The position numbers were made by a program, and so were the translations under genes. A stretch of DNA of 64,000 bases. Source: Bacilli bacterium. GTDB taxonomy: Bacteria > Bacillota_I > Bacilli_A > RFN20 > CAG-826. The DNA lies in contig JAFRPF010000031.1 in the NCBI GenBank assembly GCA_017429285.1, forward strand, positions 139,388-203,387, written 5' to 3'. The notes beneath the pieces were generated by a model that was not told the origin of the DNA, did not search any database, and saw only the letters and a program-made list of their open reading frames with translations. Position 1 is the first letter of the stretch. Each line of letters starts with the position of its first letter. Positions 35,866 through 46,434 of this stretch are shown one piece after another.

Positions 35866-37199
35866 TATTTACCAACGCAGAAACGAGAGAAGATTTCTTT
35901 GCTTAAATCTGCTTTGTTTCTTTCTCCTAAAATATCTAATATGGCGTTATAGGCATCCATTAAATTAACTGAAAGTAGTTCAACCGGTAAATCGTTTGAA
36001 GCATCTTCTTTGGCTTTATTTAAAGAACTTCTAGCTTGTTTTAATAGACCAATTTGTCTAGTGTTAGCTAAAGCTGGTTGTTTAAAGGTTTGTTCTTCTA
36101 ATCCAATGTTTTTATATATTTCTTTTACTAATGGATTAATGTCTTTATTTAGCGCGGAAATATAAATATTGTCTTTGTTTTTAGAAGAAATTTTATCCGC
36201 TTTATTATAAATAATAATTCTATTGAGTTTTTCAGTCATTTTTAATATTTCATCGTCTTCGTTAGTAAGATTGTTAGCCCCATCTAAAACCACTAAAACA
36301 AGATCGGCTTTTTCTAGTGTTTCTTTAGCTTTATTTACACCGATGTTTTCTACTACATCATTAGATTCTCTTATACCTGCAGTATCTAATAGATGTAAAA
36401 CGATTCCATTTAAATTGATATCACCTTCAACAATATCTCTAGTAGTTCCAGCAATATCAGTAACAATCGCTTTTTCTTCACCCATTAAAGCATTTAATAG
36501 AGATGATTTTCCAACATTTGGTTTACCAACAATTGCGACCTTTAAACCATCTTTGATAATTTTGGCTTTTTCACCATCATCAATGAGCTTTTCAATCATT
36601 TGGTTTATCTCATCACAAATGGTAATAATCTGTTGTTTATTAGCTTGTTCAATATCTTCGTATTCTGGATAATCGATATTTACTTCAATAAGTGAAATGA
36701 TATCCGCTAAACGGGTTTTAACAGGATTTAACAAAGTGCTTGTCTTTCCTTGTAATGAAAACATGGAAATATCTTTAGCCTCTTTAGTGGTGGCATTAAT
36801 GATATCGTTAATTGCTTCCGCTTGAACAAGATCAACTTTTTGATGGATAAAAGCACGAGAAGAATATTCTCCGTTTGTGGCCATTCTAGCCCCGTTTTCG
36901 ATCAAAATATCGAGAATTTGCTGTGAAATTAGTGAACTTCCATGACAAATTATCTCCACTAAATCTTCACCCGTAAAACTTTTTGGACCTTTATAAATCG
37001 CTAAAACAACTTCATCAATTTTTTGATTGGTAATTTTATTTGCTATATACCCCACTAAGAGGGTTCTTTCTTGGATATTTGTAATGTCTTTGGAAAAGCA
37101 TTTACTGATAATAGCAAAGCAATCATCACCAGATACTCTAATGATGGCTAAAGCTGATTTCATTGGAGGAGTTGCTAACGCTACTATTGTCTCAAACAT
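35865..37199 (-). CDS. mnmE: tRNA uridine-5-carboxymethylaminomethyl modification GTPase MnmE
   Basis: 444-aa ORF with a G domain (GKPNVGKSSLLNAL, DTAGIR, NKAD) and a C-terminal FCVGK motif. Confidence 0.93.
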   Translation of the reverse strand: MFETIVALATPPMKSALAIIRVSGDDCFAIISKCFSKDITNIQERTLLVGYIANKITNQKIDEVVLAIYKGPKSFTGEDLVEIICHGSSLISQQILDILIENGARMATNGEYSSRAFIHQKVDLVQAEAINDIINATTKEAKDISMFSLQGKTSTLLNPVKTRLADIISLIEVNIDYPEYEDIEQANKQQIITICDEINQMIEKLIDDGEKAKIIKDGLKVAIVGKPNVGKSSLLNALMGEEKAIVTDIAGTTRDIVEGDINLNGIVLHLLDTAGIRESNDVVENIGVNKAKETLEKADLVLVVLDGANNLTNEDDEILKMTEKLNRIIIYNKADKISSKNKDNIYISALNKDINPLVKEIYKNIGLEEQTFKQPALANTRQIGLLKQARSSLNKAKEDASNDLPVELLSVNLMDAYNAILDILGERNKADLSKEIFSRFCVGK

Positions 37200-37210
37200 A
37201 AATACCTTTC

Positions 37211-37234
37211 CAAAAAAGCACCCAGGCGGGTGCT
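37211..37234 (-). terminator. Rho-independent terminator between khpB and mnmE
   Basis: Reverse strand: AGCACCC, loop GCCT, GGGTGCT (37217..37234), followed by TTTTTT. Confidence 0.65.
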
Positions 37235-37236
37235 AA

Positions 37237-37836
37237 TTATTCAACATAAATGATTTGCACTTGACGATGTGTGCCGTCACCAGTGGATTCAGTGCGAATA
37301 TTCTTCATGCCAGAACAGGCATTATGAATAATTCTTCTTTCATCAGCAGGCATTGGATCAAATGTATATGTTGTTTTACTTCTTTGCACTTCCTTAGCAA
37401 ATTTACGAGCGATTCTTTCTAAACGATCATATTTGTTATCTTTATAACCATTTACATCAAGTAAAACTCTAAATCTCTTATGGAAGTGATTGCTAACCGC
37501 TAATTTGGTTAATTCATTTAAAGCTTGAAGTGTCTTTCCATTTTTACCAATTAAAATTGGATTGTGTGTGGAATCAATTGTAATGCGGATAATATCGTCA
37601 TCTAATTTAGTATTAACTGTGCTTTCAATACCTAAGTTATCAACAACATTCAAAAGATAATCTTCCGCAAATCTGATTACATCAGATAAATCATAGACTT
37701 CAACAACGACTTTCTTTGAGAAAATACCTTTTGTTTTATCTGTGACTATATAAATTAATTCTTCAACAGGAGCACCGGCTTCTTCGCTAGCGGCTTGTAA
37801 AGCTTCTTCAACTGTTTTTCCAGTATATGACTTCAT
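37237..37836 (-). CDS. khpB: Jag/KhpB RNA-binding protein (Jag_N, KH, R3H domains)
   Basis: Has the Jag N-terminus KSYTGKTVEEALQAASEE and the R3H region ..ADERRIIHNA... I moved the start to ATG 37834..37836, which has AAGGAGAA 4 nt upstream. The track start at 37866 would overlap yidC. Confidence 0.85.
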   Translation of the reverse strand: MKSYTGKTVEEALQAASEEAGAPVEELIYIVTDKTKGIFSKKVVVEVYDLSDVIRFAEDYLLNVVDNLGIESTVNTKLDDDIIRITIDSTHNPILIGKNGKTLQALNELTKLAVSNHFHKRFRVLLDVNGYKDNKYDRLERIARKFAKEVQRSKTTYTFDPMPADERRIIHNACSGMKNIRTESTGDGTHRQVQIIYVE

Positions 37837-37846
37837 ACTTTTCTCC

Positions 37847-39370
37847 TTATTTAGATTTTTTGACACCCTTCTTACGATTCATAATGAAGTGTGTAACAAG
37901 TGTTTGACCGATGGAGAACAAAGCACCAACGAACCAATAAACACCTAACGCAGAAACTAAAGAGAATCCCATGAAGATAATGACAGCTAACATAATATAG
38001 GTGAACCATTTTGTTCTGCTATCAGCTTCTTTTTGAGCTGGATTACGTCCTAGTTTCGCAACTTTTTTCTTCTTAGCTTTAGCTAACCATTGTGGTAATA
38101 ACATGGCTACTGTTTGAGCCGCGGACATTAATAAGAATAGTCCGAGAGCAGTCCAAACACCTGACGCTGGATTTTTCCAGTTGGACCAATTTGTCATAAC
38201 ACTACTAATGGATTGCGATAAGTTTAATCCTAAGAATGTACCGGATGATAAAACCGCACTTCCTTGCATAGCACCCCATACACAGATGAAGACAGGGAAC
38301 TGTACAATCATCACAAGTATAGATGTGAACGGATTAATCTTATGTTTCTTGTATAACGCTTGTGTTTCTTGCGCCATACGTTGTTTTTCGTATTGATTAG
38401 AATTTGAGTTTGGATATTTAGCCTGTATCTTCGCAATTTCTGGTTGTAGTTCTTGCATCTTGCTAGAGGCGGTTGTTTGTTTAAATGTTGCAAGCAACAT
38501 TACAGTTCTCACAATTAATGTCACAAATAAAATAGCAAGTAATTGTGGGACACCGTTTCCAGTAGGTGCAATTTGTTTGCCGCCATTAAAGCCGACAGCA
38601 AATGTATCGATTAACCATCCGATTGGGTAAACCAATAATCCGGATAAGAAACCAACTTTACCCCAGGCATAACCCCAGTTCTTCTCTTCGATTTCAGCTG
38701 CCACTCCTTCACCATAGTTTCCATAGAATCCACCTTTGGTGGCTAAGCATGAACGAGCGCCATTAATCGAATTTTTCATCTGGGTTTGATAGAAGTTATT
38801 GAAGTCTGTAGTGGGGCATTCATCCACACTGAGTTTCTCAGACATTCTGGCTTCATTACTATAAGTAACCCAGTTTTCCCAAAGTTTTTTACTATCCTTT
38901 TCGTTAGTGCCGTAATATTTTAAATAGCCTTGTCTAATCAAAATACCGCGATCTTCTTTATTATCTCCGATAATTTGTTCAACAGTAACCGTGGAAGGAT
39001 CTAAATTTTCCGCGGCGATCGCATGTCTTAAAACGACATTATCTAATTCGATGTAATAATTAAGAGAAGGAACGTTTAAATTTTGTTTGTCTCTCGCGTT
39101 TGTATATAAGCTTTGTAGTGACTTACAGTTACTAAATCTAGCCACATACCAAACATTATTTAAGCCTTCAACTTGTCCAACAACATCGTTTTCTTGTTTG
39201 GCTTGTTGGGCACCTTCTTCGGTATAGTAAGCACACACACCATGATCGATAGCATAAAGAATGTGAGCTTTATCCTTGGAAGAACAGAAAGAGTTTGTAC
39301 ATCCAGTTAAAACCATCGCTCCTAAAAGGAGTGAGGCCAAACCTAATCCTATTTTTGTACCTTTTTTCAT
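37847..39370 (-). CDS. yidC: YidC/Oxa1-family membrane insertase, lipoprotein form with long N-terminal extracytoplasmic domain
   Basis: 507-aa ORF with a lipobox (LLGAMVLTGC), an insertase core (..KINPFTSILVMIVQFPVFICVWGAM..) and a basic C-terminal tail (NRKKGVKKSK). It shows conserved rnpA-yidC-jag order. Confidence 0.85.
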   Translation of the reverse strand: MKKGTKIGLGLASLLLGAMVLTGCTNSFCSSKDKAHILYAIDHGVCAYYTEEGAQQAKQENDVVGQVEGLNNVWYVARFSNCKSLQSLYTNARDKQNLNVPSLNYYIELDNVVLRHAIAAENLDPSTVTVEQIIGDNKEDRGILIRQGYLKYYGTNEKDSKKLWENWVTYSNEARMSEKLSVDECPTTDFNNFYQTQMKNSINGARSCLATKGGFYGNYGEGVAAEIEEKNWGYAWGKVGFLSGLLVYPIGWLIDTFAVGFNGGKQIAPTGNGVPQLLAILFVTLIVRTVMLLATFKQTTASSKMQELQPEIAKIQAKYPNSNSNQYEKQRMAQETQALYKKHKINPFTSILVMIVQFPVFICVWGAMQGSAVLSSGTFLGLNLSQSISSVMTNWSNWKNPASGVWTALGLFLLMSAAQTVAMLLPQWLAKAKKKKVAKLGRNPAQKEADSRTKWFTYIMLAVIIFMGFSLVSALGVYWFVGALFSIGQTLVTHFIMNRKKGVKKSK

Positions 39371-39371
39371 T

Positions 39372-39704
39372 TTATAACCCTACCTGTGTTTTCATAAAAT
39401 CACTAAACTGTGATTTATTATCATCAAAATCTTTTTCTAAAAACTTAAGTTTTAAGATGATGACGATATCTAAAGCGTATTTGTTATAGTCAACAAGGCT
39501 ATCCACAATCGCTCTAGTTTGTCTTTTGACACGATTTCTTGTTACCGCATTTCCAAGTTTCTTAGATGCGGATATACCAACACGGGTATAACCTAATTCA
39601 TTTTGCTTAACATAAATTAAATAACTTGGATAGCGAAACGCCTGACCTTTATTAATGGTTAATGCAAAGTCTTGATTTTTCTTAATTCTATTAACGACTT
39701 TCAT
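39372..39704 (-). CDS. rnpA: Ribonuclease P protein component
   Basis: 110-aa basic ORF with the RNR-type motif (RVGISASKKLGNAVTRNRVKRQ). It lies directly downstream of rpmH. Confidence 0.88.
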   Translation of the reverse strand: MKVVNRIKKNQDFALTINKGQAFRYPSYLIYVKQNELGYTRVGISASKKLGNAVTRNRVKRQTRAIVDSLVDYNKYALDIVIILKLKFLEKDFDDNKSQFSDFMKTQVGL

Positions 39705-39717
39705 TAATTCATCCTAA

Positions 39718-39852
39718 TTAGGCAGTGAGTTGTTTACGACCTTTAGCTCTTCTACGCGCCAAAACGTTACGGCCTTTATCGCTTTTCATTCTTGCTCTAA
39801 AGCCAGCTTTACGTTGGTGTTTAATTTTGCTTGGTTGATATGTACGTTTCAT
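39718..39852 (-). CDS. rpmH: 50S ribosomal protein L34
   Basis: Below the track size cut-off. The reverse strand translates to [44 protein letters not shown] (44 aa). An AAGGAGG RBS lies 9 nt upstream. Confidence 0.93.
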   Translation of the reverse strand: MKRTYQPSKIKHQRKAGFRARMKSDKGRNVLARRRAKGRKQLTA

Positions 39853-39884
39853 ATAAGTGTACCTCCTTAAACATAGCGTCTAAA

Positions 39885-39914
39885 ATTATATGGTCATTTA
39901 TCTATAAATGTCAA
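39885..39914 (-). promoter_or_regulatory. Near-consensus sigma-A promoter for rpmH-rnpA (TTGACA-18-TATAAT)
   Basis: Reverse strand: TTGACA (39909..39914), an 18-nt spacer and TATAAT (39885..39890), about 33 nt upstream of the rpmH ATG. Confidence 0.6.
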
Positions 39915-39965
39915 AGTAATTATTTGCCAAAAATAAGTAAAAAAGAGAACGTTTTCCAAAATAAA

Positions 39966-40283
39966 TGTGGATATCTTTATAAAATGAGACAGAAAAATAC
40001 ATATCGAAAACAAGCGAAAATTTAGTTTTCCACACTAATTTATACTACAAGACAAAAAACTAATTAATGATAAATAATAACAAAGTTATTTTTATGTTAC
40101 CAACCATAGTATACAAGTTTGTTTTACACTCTATTTTTGGGGTGGAAAAATCTCTCCACAAAGTTTTCCACATTGTTAAAAAGTTGAAAGTGTGGAAAAC
40201 TCCCCTAAATATATTTAATTTTTTATTCAAATTGTGGATAATTTAAAATTTTTATTTTTTTCTTTAATCTCGTGTGTGGATTA
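39966..40283. other. oriC part 1: DnaA-box cluster upstream of dnaA
   Basis: Eight 9-mers match TTATCCACA with 0-2 mismatches, on both strands. They are 39966..39974, 40026..40034, 40141..40149, 40152..40160, 40164..40172, 40191..40199, 40233..40241 (perfect) and 40275..40283. They lie in a 471-nt non-coding, very AT-rich rpmH-dnaA spacer. Confidence 0.8.
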
Positions 40284-40323
40284 CTTATAATTGAGGCACT
40301 AAATTAAAAAGGATTTTTATTTT

Positions 40324-41700
40324 ATGATTAGCTCAGTATCAGAAATTGCCCAGCTTTGGGACCGAACCTTAAAAAGAATTGAAGAACAATTAGGGGAAAA
40401 ACAATTATTCGATTCTCTTTTCGCTTCTACTTATATATATGAAATACAAGGAAATAAAATAATTGTCGCTGCGAACACTAAGTTAGGCGTCACTTTATTC
40501 CAAACTAAATATTATGATCTTTTCACAAGCGTAGTGAATGAAATCACTCAATCTAACTTCCAATTAGAATTTGTTTTTGATCAAGAACTCAAAGAAAAAG
40601 AAAAGAGTGAAAAAGTAGAAACTGTAACTGTCAAAAAACAACAATATTTTCCTGATGCTGTTTTAAATCCAAACTTAACATTTGATAACTTTGTTGTAGG
40701 TCAATTCAATAGAGAGGCTTCCCAAGCTTCTTTACTCATCGCATCCAACCCAGGAAAGATGTATAACCCTTTATTTATCCATTCCCATTCAGGTTTAGGT
40801 AAAACTCATCTTTTACACGCTATCGGGAATTACTTAATCAAAGAAAGAAATCCTAATGCAAAAATCCTATATATCAATGCTAATGATTTTGTTGAAGAAT
40901 ATGTTAGGTATGTCCGCGGAGAAAAGGAATCTCAATCATTAAAAGACTTCTTTAAAACTGTTGATGTTTTGCTCTTAGATGATGTGCAATTACTAGCAAA
41001 TCGTGTGCAAACTCAGGAAATGTTCTTCTATATTTACTCTGATTTAATCAATCGTGGAAAACAAATTGTCATCACCTCAGATAGACAACCAAACGAACTC
41101 GCAAAACTCGATGAGAGATTAGTTACTAGATTTATTCAGGGCTTAGTTGTTGATATCAAAGAACCTGATCAAAACACATGTGTCGAAATATTAAGAAAAA
41201 AGATTGAAGCAAACGGTTTAGATATCAATAATTTCGACGAAAACGTCTTGTACTTCTACGCTGATAAATTCTCCAAGAATGTTAGAGAGTTAGAAGGTGC
41301 GTTAAATAGGTTAATGTTTATCGTTGTATCTATGAAGAAAACAGACAAGATCACGATGGAAGTAGCGGTGGAGGCTGTTTCAAGTTTGGTGGGTGGTAAA
41401 CAACTAGCGACACAGCTTAATGAACAGAAGATTATTAATGTTGTCGCGGATTATTACAACTTAACCAGTTCACAGTTAACAGGAAAAATTAGAACCGCTC
41501 AAATCGCATTAGCTAGACACATCGCTATGTACTTAATTGAAGATATTCTCCATCTTCCTTATAAAAAGATAGGTGACATGTTCGGTGGTAAAGATCATTC
41601 AACGGTGATAAGTGCTATTACAAAAGTGGAAAACTTGTTGAAAACTGATGAGACAACAAAAGAAGCGGTTAACGAACTGAAAAAAAGACTGAAAGCGTAA
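40324..41700 (+). CDS. dnaA: Chromosomal replication initiator protein DnaA
   Basis: 458-aa ORF with AAA+ motifs (HSHSGLGKTHLLHA, VLLLDDVQ) and the C-terminal DNA-binding region (..GGKDHSTVISAITKV..). TATAAT at 40286..40291 is a possible -10 element. Confidence 0.97.
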   Translation: MISSVSEIAQLWDRTLKRIEEQLGEKQLFDSLFASTYIYEIQGNKIIVAANTKLGVTLFQTKYYDLFTSVVNEITQSNFQLEFVFDQELKEKEKSEKVETVTVKKQQYFPDAVLNPNLTFDNFVVGQFNREASQASLLIASNPGKMYNPLFIHSHSGLGKTHLLHAIGNYLIKERNPNAKILYINANDFVEEYVRYVRGEKESQSLKDFFKTVDVLLLDDVQLLANRVQTQEMFFYIYSDLINRGKQIVITSDRQPNELAKLDERLVTRFIQGLVVDIKEPDQNTCVEILRKKIEANGLDINNFDENVLYFYADKFSKNVRELEGALNRLMFIVVSMKKTDKITMEVAVEAVSSLVGGKQLATQLNEQKIINVVADYYNLTSSQLTGKIRTAQIALARHIAMYLIEDILHLPYKKIGDMFGGKDHSTVISAITKVENLLKTDETTKEAVNELKKRLKA

Positions 41701-41789
41701 TATTGTTTATTTAAAAAAATAAAATTCTCAAAATAAGGCTCCTGTGATAAAATGAATGTTGGTGATTTAAAAAGTAGAAACCTTAGGAG

Positions 41790-41835
41790 TTATCCACATA
41801 TCCACAGAGATTATAATTATTATTAATATAATAAA
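41790..41835. other. oriC part 2: tandem DnaA boxes followed by an AT-only tract between dnaA and dnaN
   Basis: TTATCCACA (41790..41798, perfect) overlaps ATATCCACA (41798..41806). A 27-nt run of A/T follows, in which 7 of 8 successive triplets are NAT (41809..41832). Confidence 0.65.
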
Positions 41836-41852
41836 TAAAGAAAGGAATTAAT

Positions 41853-42974
41853 ATGAGATTCACAATTAAAAGAGAAGAATTCTTAAAAGGATTAGTAGTT
41901 GCATCTAGAGCAGTTGCTAGCAAAGTAGCGGTTGCGGTATTAGCTAATTTAAAAATTGAATTAAATGAAAACGGTTTATTTATTACTGGATCTAACTACG
42001 ATTTAACAATCAAAACACAAGTTCCTTATAAACTAAATGGTTTAGAAATCATTAGAAATTATAAAGAAGGTGCCACTTTAATTAATTCCAAACTTATTAC
42101 TGAAATTGCTAGAAAGATGGAATCTGAAGAAATCACTTTTGATGTCATCGATTCCACAATTGCTACTATTAGCGATAATCGTTCCGAATATAAATTAAAT
42201 TGTGTCAGACCAGAAGAATATCCTGATTTAGATTTAGAGCCAAATGGAACTTCCTTAACTCTTACTAAAGCAGATTTTGATTCTTTAGTGTCACAAACCG
42301 CATTTGCGGCATCTTTAAAAGAACAAAGACCAATTCTTACTGCGATGAATTTAGAAGCCGCTAATGGCGTATTAACCGCCACCGCGACTGACTCAGCAAG
42401 AATGGCCAGAAAAGATATCAAGATTCCTGATGGAATTAATTTTGTTGCTAATGTTCCTGCTAAGATGATGATCGAAGTCGATCACTTATTAGAAGGTCTA
42501 GATGGAGTTGATGTCAGTTTCTCTGATAAAAAAGCTTTATTCTCTTTAGGAAGAACAGTAGTTGCCTCTAGATTAATTGCGGGTGATTATCCAAACACCA
42601 AAAACATCGTTCCAAGGGTGACTAATTATCACTTAGAAGTTAATGCTTCTGACTTAATCAAAGCCATTGATCGTGCGAACATTTTGTCCATGGATAGAGA
42701 GAATGTTGTTGATTTATCAATGAATGAAAATGGTGTGGAAATTTCCGCGAAAAGCCAACAAGTTGGCTCTGCTATTGAAAGAGTTGATATTTTCAAATAC
42801 GACGGTCAAGACTTAAAGGTCTCATTTAACAGCGAATTTGTGGTTGCTGCAGTGAAGGCTTTAAATTGTGAAGATGTCACCTTTGCGTTTGTAGGCGAAA
42901 TGAAGCCCTTTATCGTTCAAAATGCTTCAGATGACTCGGTCATTCAAATCGTTACTCCAGTGCGCACTTATTAA
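41853..42974 (+). CDS. dnaN: DNA polymerase III beta sliding clamp
   Basis: 373-aa ORF with three-domain clamp length and a typical N-terminus (MRFTIKREEFLKGL....RAV). It shows the conserved dnaA-dnaN order. Confidence 0.95.
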   Translation: MRFTIKREEFLKGLVVASRAVASKVAVAVLANLKIELNENGLFITGSNYDLTIKTQVPYKLNGLEIIRNYKEGATLINSKLITEIARKMESEEITFDVIDSTIATISDNRSEYKLNCVRPEEYPDLDLEPNGTSLTLTKADFDSLVSQTAFAASLKEQRPILTAMNLEAANGVLTATATDSARMARKDIKIPDGINFVANVPAKMMIEVDHLLEGLDGVDVSFSDKKALFSLGRTVVASRLIAGDYPNTKNIVPRVTNYHLEVNASDLIKAIDRANILSMDRENVVDLSMNENGVEISAKSQQVGSAIERVDIFKYDGQDLKVSFNSEFVVAAVKALNCEDVTFAFVGEMKPFIVQNASDDSVIQIVTPVRTY

Positions 42975-43010
42975 GCAAAAAACAGGTAATTTAGAACATA
43001 TAATAGAAGA

Positions 43011-43033
43011 GGGAATATTTTATTCCCTTTTTT
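43011..43033 (+). terminator. Rho-independent terminator after dnaN
   Basis: GGGAATA (43011..43017), loop TTT, TATTCCC (43021..43027), followed by TTTTTT. Confidence 0.7.
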
Positions 43034-43069
43034 ATTTATATATGATACAATTATCGCAAGGAGTTTTTT

Positions 43070-43288
43070 GTGGGCCAAAAAGAAGTGTTTTTAAATAAGG
43101 AAGAAGAATACATCACCTTGCAGTCTTTACTAAAGATTGTCGGCGAAATTCCCACTGGAGGAATGGCGAAAGTTTATTTGTCAGAAACCGTTGTTTTGGT
43201 AAACGGTGAGAGCGAAAATCGTCGCGGACGTAAACTTTATAGAGGTGATGAAATAAAGCTCCCTAACGCGCTGTTTGTTATCAAATAA
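43070..43288 (+). CDS. yaaA: S4-domain RNA-binding protein YaaA (RemB/YaaA-like)
   Basis: 72-aa ORF with a GTG start preceded by AAGGAG. It has an S4-like pattern (..ITLQSLLKIVGEI.TGGMAKVYL....VLVNGESENRRGRKLY.GD.I) and the conserved position between dnaN and recF. Confidence 0.75.
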   Translation: MGQKEVFLNKEEEYITLQSLLKIVGEIPTGGMAKVYLSETVVLVNGESENRRGRKLYRGDEIKLPNALFVIK

Positions 43289-43290
43289 GC

Positions 43291-44340
43291 ATGATTGTTA
43301 AAACATTATCCCTCAAGAACTTCAGAAATCACGCTTATCTTACATATGATTTCTCGCCAAAATTAAACATATTGACTGGACCAAATGCGGCAGGAAAGAC
43401 CAATGTAGCGGAAGCCATCTATTTTCTCTCTTTAGCGAGAAGCTTCCGAGCCAACGAAGAAACCGATCTAATTCAAAAAGGCAAAGATAAAGCGGAAATT
43501 AACGCGGTGTGCGAAGAAGGAGATTTAAAAAGAAAGATTAGAATCATAATTACTCCTGAAGGTAAGCAGATCTTCATCAACGGTAAAACGATATCAAAGA
43601 TATCGGAATTATCCAATGTTATGAATGTACTGCTCTTTGAACCTAAAGACGTATTGATGTTTAGGGGCTCTCCAAAAACCAGAAGGAATTTCTTAGATAT
43701 TAATCTTTGTAAAAAGAGTCAACCTTATCTCGATTACATCTCTCGTTATAATAAAGTGTTAAAGGAGAGAAATGACCTATTAAAGAGCGATAAAGTCGAT
43801 CCAATTCTATTAGAGACAACGACAGAAATGTTGGCCAAACTAAGTGGTCCAATCGTCTCTTATAGGCAGATGTATGTCAAGGATATCAATGATATCCTTA
43901 TAAAAATAACGCGCGCGCTCACGGGCGAAGAAGGAAGGCTAGAAATCATCTATCAGCCCTTCATCGAATATGGAAAAGATTTCCAAAAAGAAGCGTTAGA
44001 AGCGTTTAAGAAGAGTGAGGAGAGAGATTTACGTCAGAAGATGACAACTATCGGAGTTCATCGAGAAGACTTCTCAATCAGTCTAAATGGACGTGATATT
44101 GGGGAGTTTGGTTCTCAAGGTGAAAACCGCATCGTCTCCCTCGCCTTAAAGCTCAGCCCTTACTTCTTAATCGAGGATAAGGACAAAAGACCAGTAGTGG
44201 TCCTTGATGATGTGATGAGTGAACTCGATCAAGCCCATCGCATTAGATTAATCAAATTTGTGAAGAAACTAGAGCAGGTATTTATCACCGCGACCAAGCT
44301 TGAGGTCGAAGGCGCTGCTCAGTATCAGATAAAAAAGTAA
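43291..44340 (+). CDS. recF: DNA replication and repair protein RecF
   Basis: 349-aa ORF with Walker A (LTGPNAAGKTN), the ABC-like signature ..FGSQGENRIVSLALKL.. and Walker B (VVVLDDVMSELD). Confidence 0.92.
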   Translation: MIVKTLSLKNFRNHAYLTYDFSPKLNILTGPNAAGKTNVAEAIYFLSLARSFRANEETDLIQKGKDKAEINAVCEEGDLKRKIRIIITPEGKQIFINGKTISKISELSNVMNVLLFEPKDVLMFRGSPKTRRNFLDINLCKKSQPYLDYISRYNKVLKERNDLLKSDKVDPILLETTTEMLAKLSGPIVSYRQMYVKDINDILIKITRALTGEEGRLEIIYQPFIEYGKDFQKEALEAFKKSEERDLRQKMTTIGVHREDFSISLNGRDIGEFGSQGENRIVSLALKLSPYFLIEDKDKRPVVVLDDVMSELDQAHRIRLIKFVKKLEQVFITATKLEVEGAAQYQIKK

Positions 44341-46416
<2,076 letters not shown>

Positions 46417-46434
46417 TAAAGGAGGTAGCAATTC

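Noticed and set aside
39831-40025. 64-aa + strand ORF in the rpmH-dnaA spacer.
   Set aside because: It overlaps the rpmH start codon, its near-consensus promoter and two DnaA boxes. It has a TTG start with no RBS and is almost certainly non-coding origin DNA.
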